From assembly GCA_964442365.1 (NCBI GenBank), contig CAYTZA010000002.1, positions 1-59,198 on the forward strand: a stretch of DNA of 59,198 nt, given 5' to 3'. Under the pieces are notes generated by a model, which worked only from the letters and a program-made list of their open reading frames with translations, was not told the DNA's origin and searched no databases. Positions 45,421-54,415 of this stretch are shown in pieces. Both the position numbers and the translations under genes were made by a program. Source of the stretch: an uncultured Candidatus Saccharibacteria bacterium. Its GTDB lineage: Bacteria > Patescibacteriota > Minisyncoccia > Phycocordibacterales > DAORIS01. Numbering within the stretch: the stretch's first letter is position 1; every line of letters begins with the position of its first letter.

Positions 45421-46563
45421 CTACACGACAACACCACTATCTTTCAAGAGGCGGTGTGCAAAAAATCCTTCTGCTCCGAGGAAAATATCTGGGGCATGAA
45501 AAAAATGACTACCTATAAAATCTTTAAGGAGATCTTCATGAAGAAAAACTGGATTAATTCTTTCTCTAAAACCCTTCCCTATATCAAGCTTCACTTCTCC
45601 TAAATGTTTTGCAAAAAGTAATCGTGAATCGATGTCGCTCATAACAAGAACAGTTTTTGGTAGTGGTAGATGAACTGATAACTCAGTAAGAGCCTTAGAA
45701 AGATAGTCACTCCATATACTTCTAGCTGTTTCAATATGTTTAATAACTGAAGATTTCCATTCTGGTGTGTGTTTTTTATTGGCATGCAATCGTATTAAAG
45801 AAAGTGTCACTGCTGGAGAGTGTGTATTGGCAAGTGGTCGGAAGGCAGTATGTTTACCGGCTGGAAAAGTAACTGTATTTGCCAATTCTCCTTGTTTTAC
45901 AACAGAAACCTCAGTAATTTCTTCACCCACAACAATCGATACAAAACTACTATCATGAGGCATAATATCTCGTATAACTGAAGCAATTGCAAGTGGGAGA
46001 ACGTTGTGTCGTATCTCAATAACCCGAATATGTTGGTGTATAACAGATTCAATATCCGCAACAAATTGCTCCGCAATTGCACTCATAAGGAGACTGCAAG
46101 AAAGTTTCTTAACGTTTTTTTGATAAGGATTACTTACTTCGTAACCATTTAGACTAATTTTTGTTATATTACTCCCTATAAGTTTTGCTTTGTTTTGACG
46201 AGAAATAAAAATTTCTTCTTCTTTACGTATAAGTGCTTCTAGAAGTTTTTTAGTAACAGTAAAAGTTGTTTCCCTGTGAAGAGTAGTCGTAACCGGCTTT
46301 GATATATGCCATGGAGCACCATAAAAACAAAATATGGAGTGTAGGGGTTCTTTGGGAAGATGCTTTACCGCTTCTTTCGTAACCTTTTTAAGAGTTCTTA
46401 CGGTATGTATTTGCAAATCACTGATCGTTACATCTTTTGATACAGGAAAAGAAACTCGGGTATTCCACAATACTTTAGGCATTGTGCGTTCGTGAGATAT
46501 AAAAGCTACACCAACAGATCCAGATTGAATATCAAATATAAGAGATATAGGAACAGATGCCAT
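45421..46563 (-). CDS. Actin-fold (ASKHA) FtsA/PilM-like protein with degenerate nucleotide motifs
   Basis: FDIQSGSVGVA (phosphate-1-like) and IVVGEEITEVSVV (degenerate DIGGGTT-like). Confidence 0.55.
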   Translation of the reverse strand: MASVPISLIFDIQSGSVGVAFISHERTMPKVLWNTRVSFPVSKDVTISDLQIHTVRTLKKVTKEAVKHLPKEPLHSIFCFYGAPWHISKPVTTTLHRETTFTVTKKLLEALIRKEEEIFISRQNKAKLIGSNITKISLNGYEVSNPYQKNVKKLSCSLLMSAIAEQFVADIESVIHQHIRVIEIRHNVLPLAIASVIRDIMPHDSSFVSIVVGEEITEVSVVKQGELANTVTFPAGKHTAFRPLANTHSPAVTLSLIRLHANKKHTPEWKSSVIKHIETARSIWSDYLSKALTELSVHLPLPKTVLVMSDIDSRLLFAKHLGEVKLDIGKGFRERINPVFLHEDLLKDFIGSHFFHAPDIFLGAEGFFAHRLLKDSGVVV

Positions 46564-46611
46564 ACGTCAATACAGTATACCCCAATCAGCATCTCTCGCC
46601 TTATACACAGT

Positions 46612-48399
46612 CTATATAACAGCCTTGATACGACGTACGCCAGCAGATACAGCTTCTTCTTTTACGATTTTAAAACTACCAATTTCTGAAGTATTGATCA
46701 CATGTGGACCACCACAAAATTCTCGACTGTATATTCCAGTTTTTTCATCTCCCACCGTATAAACCTTAACAATATCTCCATAAGTATCACCAAAAGCATG
46801 TATGGCTCCAGTTTTTAGAGCTTCTTCTTTTGGCATTTCCTTGAAAGAAACAGGCAAAGCTTCTTGTATTTTTTTATTAACAATAGTTTCTACTTTTTGT
46901 TTTTCTTCATCAGTCATTTTGGTAGGGTGTGAAAAATCAAAACGCATACGTTCTGCGGTGATATTACTTCCCTTTTGCATAACATGATTTCCGAGTACTT
47001 CTCGAAGGGCTGCATTTAGAAGGTGCGTAGCCGTATGATATCTAGTCTCGACAATACCGGTTCCACCAAGACCTCCTTTAAATTTCTTTTCTGATCCAGA
47101 TCGAGAAAGATCCTGATGAGTTTTCATTTTGGTATTGAAATCTTCAAGATCTACAGCAATACCTTTTTCTTTTGCCAATTCGAGAGTAAGGTCAATAGGA
47201 AAACCATATGAAGAAAAGAGTGTAAAAGCATCAGTACCTTTTTCAAATTCTTTAAGACCATCGACAAGTGTTTTTCTAAATTTCTCTTCTTCTGTTTTTA
47301 TTTCTTTAATAATATTATCTGATTCTGTAGCTAGATTTTGATATATTGGTGAATATTTTTGTATAACAGCCTTTACTATATCGGATAAAGAATTTTTTGG
47401 CATGGCTATAACATCAGAGTATCGTATTGCTCGACGCAATAGTCGACGGACAATATATCCACGATCAGTATTACTTGGAATAACTCCATCTGCCAAAAGA
47501 AATGTAGCTGTGCGGATATGGTCCGCAACAATACGTTCAGCTTTTTGATCACGAGAAGATGCGAGACTTTGAATAGTTTGAAGTATTGGTTCAAAACAAT
47601 CAGTATCAAATACCGTGGTCTTGTTGTTTATAACTGCAGTAGTACGTTCAAGACCCATACCAGTATCAACATTCTTTTTATCCAGGGGTTCATAACTACC
47701 AGTATTTGTCTTGTTAAATTCCATGAAAACATTGTTCCAAATCTCAATCAATCTAAAGGAATCTACAAGATCACTAAATTTTCCTTTGAGTTCACCTACT
47801 TGCGGATTAGTGTCATAGAATATTTCAGTATCGCCACCGCAAGGTCCAGTATTTCCTGCTATCCAAAAGTTATCTTTTACTCCAAGCGGAATAATACGAA
47901 TATTAGAATTCATGATTTCATCATCACCAGCCACTTCAGCGTTGATTCCATGTTTTTTATATATCTCTTTCCATATTTCTATAGATTCTTGATCACGAGG
48001 TATACCCTGTTCACCTTTAAATGTTGTCACATAGAGTCTCTGAGGATCAAGACCTAAGCCATGCTCTTTATCTGTTAGAAATTCCATACTCCAACCAATA
48101 GCTTCTTTTTTGAAATAATCTCCTAAAGACCAATTACCAAGCATCTCAAAAAAGGTAAGGTGACGATTATCACCAATATCGTCTATATCACCTGTACGAA
48201 CGCATTTTTGGACGTTAGCAAGGCGTGTACCTTGTGGATGTGTTTGCCCCAAAAGATACGGTACTAGAGGTTGCATGCCGGCAGTGTTAAACAAAACAGA
48301 AGGATCATTTTCTGGTACGAGAGAAGCTGAAGGAATTATTGCATGCCCCTTACTCTTGAAAAACTCAAGGAATTTTGAACGAATATCTTCTGATTTCAT
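46612..48399 (-). CDS. alaS: Alanyl-tRNA synthetase, short form ending after the editing domain (no C-Ala domain)
   Basis: FNTAGMQP...WGPCG-like GNTGPCGGDTEIFYD, editing HTATHLL...CGGPHV. 595 aa. Confidence 0.93.
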   Translation of the reverse strand: MKSEDIRSKFLEFFKSKGHAIIPSASLVPENDPSVLFNTAGMQPLVPYLLGQTHPQGTRLANVQKCVRTGDIDDIGDNRHLTFFEMLGNWSLGDYFKKEAIGWSMEFLTDKEHGLGLDPQRLYVTTFKGEQGIPRDQESIEIWKEIYKKHGINAEVAGDDEIMNSNIRIIPLGVKDNFWIAGNTGPCGGDTEIFYDTNPQVGELKGKFSDLVDSFRLIEIWNNVFMEFNKTNTGSYEPLDKKNVDTGMGLERTTAVINNKTTVFDTDCFEPILQTIQSLASSRDQKAERIVADHIRTATFLLADGVIPSNTDRGYIVRRLLRRAIRYSDVIAMPKNSLSDIVKAVIQKYSPIYQNLATESDNIIKEIKTEEEKFRKTLVDGLKEFEKGTDAFTLFSSYGFPIDLTLELAKEKGIAVDLEDFNTKMKTHQDLSRSGSEKKFKGGLGGTGIVETRYHTATHLLNAALREVLGNHVMQKGSNITAERMRFDFSHPTKMTDEEKQKVETIVNKKIQEALPVSFKEMPKEEALKTGAIHAFGDTYGDIVKVYTVGDEKTGIYSREFCGGPHVINTSEIGSFKIVKEEAVSAGVRRIKAVI

Positions 48400-48417
48400 G
48401 ACCCTGAATATATCATA

Positions 48418-49314
48418 TTAAAAAAGTGTCGGCATCTTATGTCCTGAAGGAGCTTTCTTTGTCTTTCTAAGAGTATGTTTTTTCTTGGAAATCGGTAAAT
48501 TTTCTTCTGTTGTTTCGGATAACATTTCTCGTAGTTTAGGGGATGTTTTTACTCTTTCATTTTCAGCTGTTTTTACAGCCCTTACATAACCACAGTGATC
48601 ACAAAACTCTCCCGCCAATGGTATACGTTCATCAACAAGACATTGTTTAAGTGTTTTTAGAGTTTTAGGAATCCAGTCGGTATTTCCTGTATACGGGATA
48701 AGTTTGACATCAAATTCTAGTTTCCCATCAAACGCTATTCGATCTGTTTTTCCATTAACATAAACAAAATAACCAGTAGAAGAAACTTTAAAACCATTTT
48801 GTCTAAAAAGCCATTGATATATTTCCATTTGGCGTCGATATCCATCTTGCCATTCTGCATCAAGATTAACTTCACCATCTTTACTTGTCGCTTTATAGTC
48901 AACAATAAGTAACTCACCTTCTGGATTAATCCATACATCGTCTATACCTCCACGTAAAACTAAGTTTAATTCTTTATCGTGATATGAGATACCACGAGTT
49001 AAAGCATCTCTCCACTCTTCGAGATCTTTGTGAGCGAACGGAACAGCATCGAGACCATAAGTTTTTAATAAAGGATGCGTACTTTGAGCCGCACGATGTA
49101 TATCAAATTCTTTTTTAAGTAATTTATCGACAGCACTGTTTAGATTAAAAGGAAATGATTTTGGTCTTCCCACCCCAAGACGCTGATCAAGATAAAAACA
49201 CCGTTGACACTCGACAAAAAGATCGATTTTTGAACGACTCAAACGAAAAGGCTCCTTGGCCTTGGGGTCAAAGAGTCCTCTCGATCTGCGTCTATAGCTA
49301 TAGTCGCCTGGCAT
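48418..49314 (-). CDS. PD-(D/E)XK nuclease, Cas4/RecB-like with Cys cluster
   Basis: GGIDDVW...LLIVDYKA (D...D/E-x-K), QMEIY, with N-terminal CQRC and C-terminal CDHC cysteines. Confidence 0.7.
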   Translation of the reverse strand: MPGDYSYRRRSRGLFDPKAKEPFRLSRSKIDLFVECQRCFYLDQRLGVGRPKSFPFNLNSAVDKLLKKEFDIHRAAQSTHPLLKTYGLDAVPFAHKDLEEWRDALTRGISYHDKELNLVLRGGIDDVWINPEGELLIVDYKATSKDGEVNLDAEWQDGYRRQMEIYQWLFRQNGFKVSSTGYFVYVNGKTDRIAFDGKLEFDVKLIPYTGNTDWIPKTLKTLKQCLVDERIPLAGEFCDHCGYVRAVKTAENERVKTSPKLREMLSETTEENLPISKKKHTLRKTKKAPSGHKMPTLF

Positions 49315-49316
49315 TG

Positions 49317-49799
49317 TTAAGATGTGCGAAATACTGATTCTATAGCAATACCTTCTGGACCTTGAAGTGGTGCGTCGACCTGAAAATCAAAACGATTATC
49401 TCCATCGTCACTGTAAATAATAGCGTGATATGTACCCCCAACAACAGTACCTCTCAAAAGATCAACTGTAGTATTTGTTTCGGTCGCTGTAACTTTTTGA
49501 GCACCTAGAATTCTTCCCGGTTTTCCTCCAATATCTTCAGTCACAACAACCCAAGATGGATCCTTAACTGAAACAGAAGAAATTTGAACAGTAAGTCCAG
49601 CTTTTTGATCGATAACACTCACTGATATACTTTTGTCTACAACAGAATTACTAACAATATTTCGAGGAGTTGAAGTAGAAAGAGCTGTTTCTGTATTTAC
49701 AGAATAATCTTTCCACCATATACCCACTATAAATCCAATAACTAAAGCAACAAAGGCAATCATTGTGTACGTCACGTATTCTTGTTTTATACTCATCAT
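49317..49799 (-). CDS. Membrane-anchored hypothetical protein
   Basis: N-terminal TM segment, then about 120 aa that look beta-rich (Ig-like?). The stop is 2 nt from the downstream start. Confidence 0.6.
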   Translation of the reverse strand: MMSIKQEYVTYTMIAFVALVIGFIVGIWWKDYSVNTETALSTSTPRNIVSNSVVDKSISVSVIDQKAGLTVQISSVSVKDPSWVVVTEDIGGKPGRILGAQKVTATETNTTVDLLRGTVVGGTYHAIIYSDDGDNRFDFQVDAPLQGPEGIAIESVFRTS

Positions 49800-49845
49800 A
49801 CGGTATTTAATTATTTGCTAATAGCTATAGTATACAAAATCCTGT

Positions 49846-50673
49846 CTAGTGTGAAAAGAGAATGGTAATTTCATCACGCATGTGTTGTAATTCTTCTGGA
49901 GAGATAATATTTTCTGGTAAAGATATAGATTGATCTTGTAATTGGTGCACAAGAGTAATCCCTTCTGCTATAAGAGCCTGTTTTTGAGTGGTAGAAAGTG
50001 AAGAAAGGCAGGTAATTGGATACAGAGAGTGCTCAACGATGAGATCTTCCAAATTACCTTTTACCGGATAGTTCCATCCAACAAGTTTTAGATTTTCACA
50101 CATAGCATACTCGACAGCGCTTTGAGTAAATTTTGTATTTGTAACAAGCCACCCGTCGGTATATGCACGTTCTTTACCTGCAACCATATGAGTAACCTCT
50201 TTTAAATCATCATGGCGGGCTTTAACATACAAAGCAACTTTTAAATCTGATTTGATACCGACTTCATTGTGAAATTTTACTTCTACAACGATAAGTTCTT
50301 TGTCGTTAAAAGCAACAACATCAACTTCGTGTTGGGTACATGCTCCGTGCATAATCTGATCTGTAAGTACTTGGAAACCTTTAGCTTTAAAAATTTCTGC
50401 AACAAACTTTTCAAAAGGAAATCCTGTTGGACCAAGCTCTGCAATAGCTCTTCGTACTGAATATCTTGTCGCTATACGCCTTTCGGCTGTATGGGCTATA
50501 TCAAGAGCCAAACTATAAATAGCATCTGTCGTGATACCATCATGAATTTTTGACTTAACCTCACGAGCAATTGCTCCAGAAACTTCTTTGTCTGCACCAG
50601 CCATAACAAGTGACGACGCTAATTTTTCTTCACTAAAAAGTTCTTTTTTTCCATTTGCTTTTGTAACGTACAT
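49846..50673 (-). CDS. ATP-cone domain fused to Mrr-like restriction-endonuclease (PD-(D/E)XK) domain
   Basis: MYVTKANGKKELFSEEKL...(ATP-cone), then FEKFVAEIFKAKGF...HEVDVVAF...LIVVEVKF (Mrr_cat-like). Confidence 0.7.
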   Translation of the reverse strand: MYVTKANGKKELFSEEKLASSLVMAGADKEVSGAIAREVKSKIHDGITTDAIYSLALDIAHTAERRIATRYSVRRAIAELGPTGFPFEKFVAEIFKAKGFQVLTDQIMHGACTQHEVDVVAFNDKELIVVEVKFHNEVGIKSDLKVALYVKARHDDLKEVTHMVAGKERAYTDGWLVTNTKFTQSAVEYAMCENLKLVGWNYPVKGNLEDLIVEHSLYPITCLSSLSTTQKQALIAEGITLVHQLQDQSISLPENIISPEELQHMRDEITILFSH

Positions 50674-50694
50674 GTAGACATTATACATAAATAT

Positions 50695-50727
50695 AAAAAA
50701 GACCCCACTATCTTGCGATGTGGGGTC
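50695..50727 (-). terminator. Rho-independent terminator of the GC-rich 93-aa gene
   Basis: gaccccac (50701-08) / gtggggtc (50720-27). The minus strand is followed by TTTTTTATAT. Confidence 0.8.
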
Positions 50728-50745
50728 AATACGTGTGAGCTGTGT

Positions 50746-51027
50746 TTAGGCAGCCTGTTTTTTTCTTTCGTGATGAAGTTTGAGTCCACCGTGGAAGACC
50801 CGATGTGCCGCTTGATCCTGGAAATAACGACACTTGAGAACCGCTTTCCCTCCTTTGTAAGCGATACTCAGAATGATACCTTCGGGCTTGGAGAGTCCAG
50901 CCTCCTCCAAAATAGTCCGAATGACCTCCACCTTTTTCCGTTCGTTTTCAGAGGAAGAGCACTTCTTCCCCAAAAAACTCCTCTGGTTGCTGGACAGAGG
51001 GAACACAACCTCCTGCATCGTTCGCAT
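50746..51027 (-). CDS. Hypothetical protein (93 aa), GC-rich stand-alone gene
   Basis: AAGGAG 7 nt upstream of ATG 51027, with its own terminator. 30/60 G+C counted in 50761-50820. No family recognised (a DciA/DUF721-like resemblance is very weak). Confidence 0.65.
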   Translation of the reverse strand: MRTMQEVVFPLSSNQRSFLGKKCSSSENERKKVEVIRTILEEAGLSKPEGIILSIAYKGGKAVLKCRYFQDQAAHRVFHGGLKLHHERKKQAA

Positions 51028-51124
51028 ACTAGGCTCCTTGCCTTTTGAACCACTGAATCAGCGTAACCCATCGGGCCACGTCCCCTGACTCAGTTCTGGA
51101 TAAAAATGTTACCACTGAATAAAC

Positions 51125-52216
51125 TTAAGTCAATACTACTGTGGATATAATACCCCCACCTAAGCACTTTTGTTTATCATAGAATACAACTGATTGACCA
51201 ACTGATACCCCCTCTTGAGGCTTAGAAAAAATAACCTTCAACATATCACCATCTTTTTCAACCTGACAATCTTGCGGTATTTGTCTATATCGTACTCGAG
51301 CATTTATATTTTTGGGTATATCACCACGCAAAACTACAGAATCAAGTAATACCGACTTAGTAGCATGTTTCAAAATATTTTCAGAATTTTTTTGAGAAAC
51401 TGTAATTGTGTTTTTCTCTACATCTTTTGATACAACATAATAAGGGCTATCATTATTGTTTTTAGCATTGATAGTAAAACCGTGTCTTTCTCCTATAGTA
51501 AAAAACCATGCCCCAGTATGTATACCAATCTGATTTCCCTCTGTATCCAAAACAACACCCTCTTTTTGATCTATATAGTGTTTTAAAAAATCTTTCATGT
51601 CTATATCACCCAGAAAACAAATACCCTGACTGTCTTTTTTTTCTGCAGTCCTCAAACCATAAGATCTGGCTAGTTCTCGCACTTGTGTTTTCTGTAGATG
51701 TCCTACAGGAAAAAGAATATTTTTTAAATCTTTTGACAAAAGAGTCCACAAAAAATAACTCTGATCTTTTTCTGTATCGAGTCCTTCATACAAGTTACCA
51801 TCGATACTACGAGCATAATGTCCTGTAGCAATATAATCAGCACCCAAAGCTTGCGCTTGTCTAAAAAAAGATCCAAATTTTATCTCTCTATTACACATCA
51901 CGTCTGGATTTGGTGTTCGTCCTGCTTTATATTCAGAAATCATATAGTCAGCTACGTATTTTTTGTACTCTTCTACACAATCAATTGTTACAAAAGGTAT
52001 ACCAAGACGAGCGGCAACACGCATAGCGTCTCGTCTTTCTTCTTTCCATGTACACGGTAACCAATCAGGTTGCCATGTCTTTATATAAGCCCCAGTGACC
52101 TCATAACCCTGATCTTTGAGTAAAGCAGCGGATACAGAACTATCTACACCACCAGACAAACCAACAAACACCCGCTTACTGGTTTTATCGGAGATATGTT
52201 TTTTTGTTGTAGACAT
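51125..52216 (-). CDS. mnmA: tRNA 2-thiouridine(34) synthase MnmA
   Basis: RVFVGLSGGVDSSVSA PP-loop, ...GICFLG... Start uncertain (ATG 52216 or 52225). Confidence 0.93.
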   Translation of the reverse strand: MSTTKKHISDKTSKRVFVGLSGGVDSSVSAALLKDQGYEVTGAYIKTWQPDWLPCTWKEERRDAMRVAARLGIPFVTIDCVEEYKKYVADYMISEYKAGRTPNPDVMCNREIKFGSFFRQAQALGADYIATGHYARSIDGNLYEGLDTEKDQSYFLWTLLSKDLKNILFPVGHLQKTQVRELARSYGLRTAEKKDSQGICFLGDIDMKDFLKHYIDQKEGVVLDTEGNQIGIHTGAWFFTIGERHGFTINAKNNNDSPYYVVSKDVEKNTITVSQKNSENILKHATKSVLLDSVVLRGDIPKNINARVRYRQIPQDCQVEKDGDMLKVIFSKPQEGVSVGQSVVFYDKQKCLGGGIISTVVLT

Positions 52217-53183
52217 GTTCGTCATGAGTAGCGGCATAATACATGACACCATCTCGTCCAGTCAAAAAATAGAGGTACTTTGTTTTCGTAGGAGTAATAG
52301 TTGCCTGTATAGCACCAAGCCCAGGACTCGATATTGGCGTAGGAGGTAATCCTTTATGAACATAGGTATTGTATGGTGAAGTGTCAGCCAAATCAGCACT
52401 AGTGAGTGTGTAAGTTGTCTTACCGTTTATATATACAAAAGCTGTATCAACCTGAAGAGGCATATTGATCGATATTCTTTTCCATAATATACCCGCAACT
52501 ATTTTTCTTGTATCAGCCTGTCGAGCTTCACCCTCAACGATTGATGCCATAGTAATAATTTCTTTTTCAGTTTTTCCAAAAGATTCAAATTGAGCTCTTA
52601 AAGGAGCGATTCTTCTTTCATAGTTTGAGGCAAGGGCTTGGATAACAGTATCAACAGAAACATGAGGAAGAAAAACATATGTATCCGGAAAGAGATAACC
52701 CTCTTTTTCTTTGGTCTTCTCGAGAAATTCTTCTTTTGAAAAACCAGGCAATTGCGAAGCTAATATATCCGACATAACATATCGATTTGTTCCTTCGGGA
52801 ATAGTAACCCTAACAGAATCAATACCGTATGTACCGTGCATAATACGGTATGCTATCGAGACTACGTTTTGTGGATGAGTAAAATAATAAAATCCACGCA
52901 TAATACGCAATTCATCTCCAAAAATAAATACCACACTTCTTAATATAAAGGCCGAACGTACAAAATGCCCATCTTCAAGACGTTGTGATATATCAAGTAA
53001 ATTTTCACCCTGTTTAACTTCAAATATATCTCCTGTTGGGAAATGTCGTGGAGGAGCAATAATACTCCAACAAAAAGCCATAACAATAAAGACAATGCCT
53101 AAAATAATAGCCCCTTTAATCACAAGTGGGTCTTTTGAATATCGTGACCAGACTGTCTTTATATAAGATTTCAAATGAGGCAT
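52185..53183 (-). CDS. mltG: Endolytic murein transglycosylase MltG (YceG-like)
   Basis: N-terminal TM segment, ...ASIVEGEA..., and a YNTY...GLPPTPISSPG motif. Confidence 0.9.
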   Translation of the reverse strand: MPHLKSYIKTVWSRYSKDPLVIKGAIILGIVFIVMAFCWSIIAPPRHFPTGDIFEVKQGENLLDISQRLEDGHFVRSAFILRSVVFIFGDELRIMRGFYYFTHPQNVVSIAYRIMHGTYGIDSVRVTIPEGTNRYVMSDILASQLPGFSKEEFLEKTKEKEGYLFPDTYVFLPHVSVDTVIQALASNYERRIAPLRAQFESFGKTEKEIITMASIVEGEARQADTRKIVAGILWKRISINMPLQVDTAFVYINGKTTYTLTSADLADTSPYNTYVHKGLPPTPISSPGLGAIQATITPTKTKYLYFLTGRDGVMYYAATHDEHVYNKKTYLR

Positions 53184-53185
53184 TG

Positions 53186-54397
53186 TTATATAGGAAGATT
53201 TGCTGGCGGTTCTGATTTCTTAGACATAATACGTGAGAATGTTGGTGTTGAAGCCACGCCTCCTGGGAAGTGAAACATTGTGGCTAATTCTTCAGTACTC
53301 ATAACAAAAGCCTTGCGATGCGAAAGATTAAAAAAGGCTCTGCGTTTAAAATATGAAAGCATATGTGCTCTTTTTTTGTTTAGACGTTTTTCACGAAAAT
53401 CTTGCCATGGATAATCAAAGCTGGTTGTATTTTCTGGTTTAAGAGCATTTAGATTATTTGAATTGTACTGACGAATACTTCCCATAGTACCAGCAATCAT
53501 AAGAGGATTATATTTCGCTTTATCAGATTCAAAATATAAAGCCCTTATACCAACATCGAAAGCTAGTTTTGATGTATTGTGTTCAATTGCAGAAATAATC
53601 TGCTCTTCACCTTTGGTAGCACGACGAGAACTACCAGAAGACTTCTCATCTTTTGGTTTTTCTTTTAATTTATCAAGAATTTTATTCTTTTCAATATCAG
53701 CAAAATACTCCCAATCAACTTTCTTATACCTACCTGTTTTTTTATCTAAAATTCGAGTCTCTTTTTTATGAGCACGAATAATCATCTGTATCCACACTTG
53801 CTGACCTTCTTTTATAGCCCCCAAAAATTCGAGTGTGGCAGTAAGAGGATCTATTTTAAATTCTTCATCTGGATTTTGATCAAGACCATAATCAACATAT
53901 GTTTTTATAGGTAAGGTACTATCTTTTGATTTTATAAACTCAGTAGCCCATATTTGATTTTTAGTTGGATCAAAAACAATACCCTTTGTATAGTCTTCTA
54001 CTTCAAAAACTTCTACGTTTGGATATTGAGCATAAATTTGTGCTTCGATAATATTTTTGTAGCCTTCTTCTGTCCATATAAAAAACCGAACCGTGCCACC
54101 AATCGAAACCATCTCAAGAGAAAACTGTGGACGACTTTTACCTTTAAAGTATCTATCAACAAAAGTACTCTCTCTTCCTGTGATATGAAGTGCTGTTAGT
54201 ATCAACTCCATAGCTAAAGGAGATTTATCAATTACCTGAGGAAGTTTAATCTCCAATAAAATACGTTTATTACTTTGACGAAACTTTGTGCGAGTATAAT
54301 CAACCCACATTTCCCAAGCAATAAAAGCCGCTAGAAGAGGAAGCCATATCGGTGTGGTATACCAAACAAATTCAAACGATTTCCACAACAATTCCAT
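53186..54397 (-). CDS. Hypothetical membrane-anchored protein (403 aa)
   Basis: N-terminal TM hairpin, then a soluble domain. No family recognised. Confidence 0.65.
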   Translation of the reverse strand: MELLWKSFEFVWYTTPIWLPLLAAFIAWEMWVDYTRTKFRQSNKRILLEIKLPQVIDKSPLAMELILTALHITGRESTFVDRYFKGKSRPQFSLEMVSIGGTVRFFIWTEEGYKNIIEAQIYAQYPNVEVFEVEDYTKGIVFDPTKNQIWATEFIKSKDSTLPIKTYVDYGLDQNPDEEFKIDPLTATLEFLGAIKEGQQVWIQMIIRAHKKETRILDKKTGRYKKVDWEYFADIEKNKILDKLKEKPKDEKSSGSSRRATKGEEQIISAIEHNTSKLAFDVGIRALYFESDKAKYNPLMIAGTMGSIRQYNSNNLNALKPENTTSFDYPWQDFREKRLNKKRAHMLSYFKRRAFFNLSHRKAFVMSTEELATMFHFPGGVASTPTFSRIMSKKSEPPANLPI

Positions 54398-54415
54398 AGA
54401 AAGAATTGTAACACA

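Noticed and set aside
50713-51100. GC-rich region as an RNase P RNA, tmRNA or 6S RNA gene
   Set aside because: No RNase P P4 motifs (GAGGAAAGTCC / ACAGAA..CGGCTTA) and no tmRNA tRNA-like ends. The region has a clean SD-ATG-ORF-terminator layout on the minus strand.
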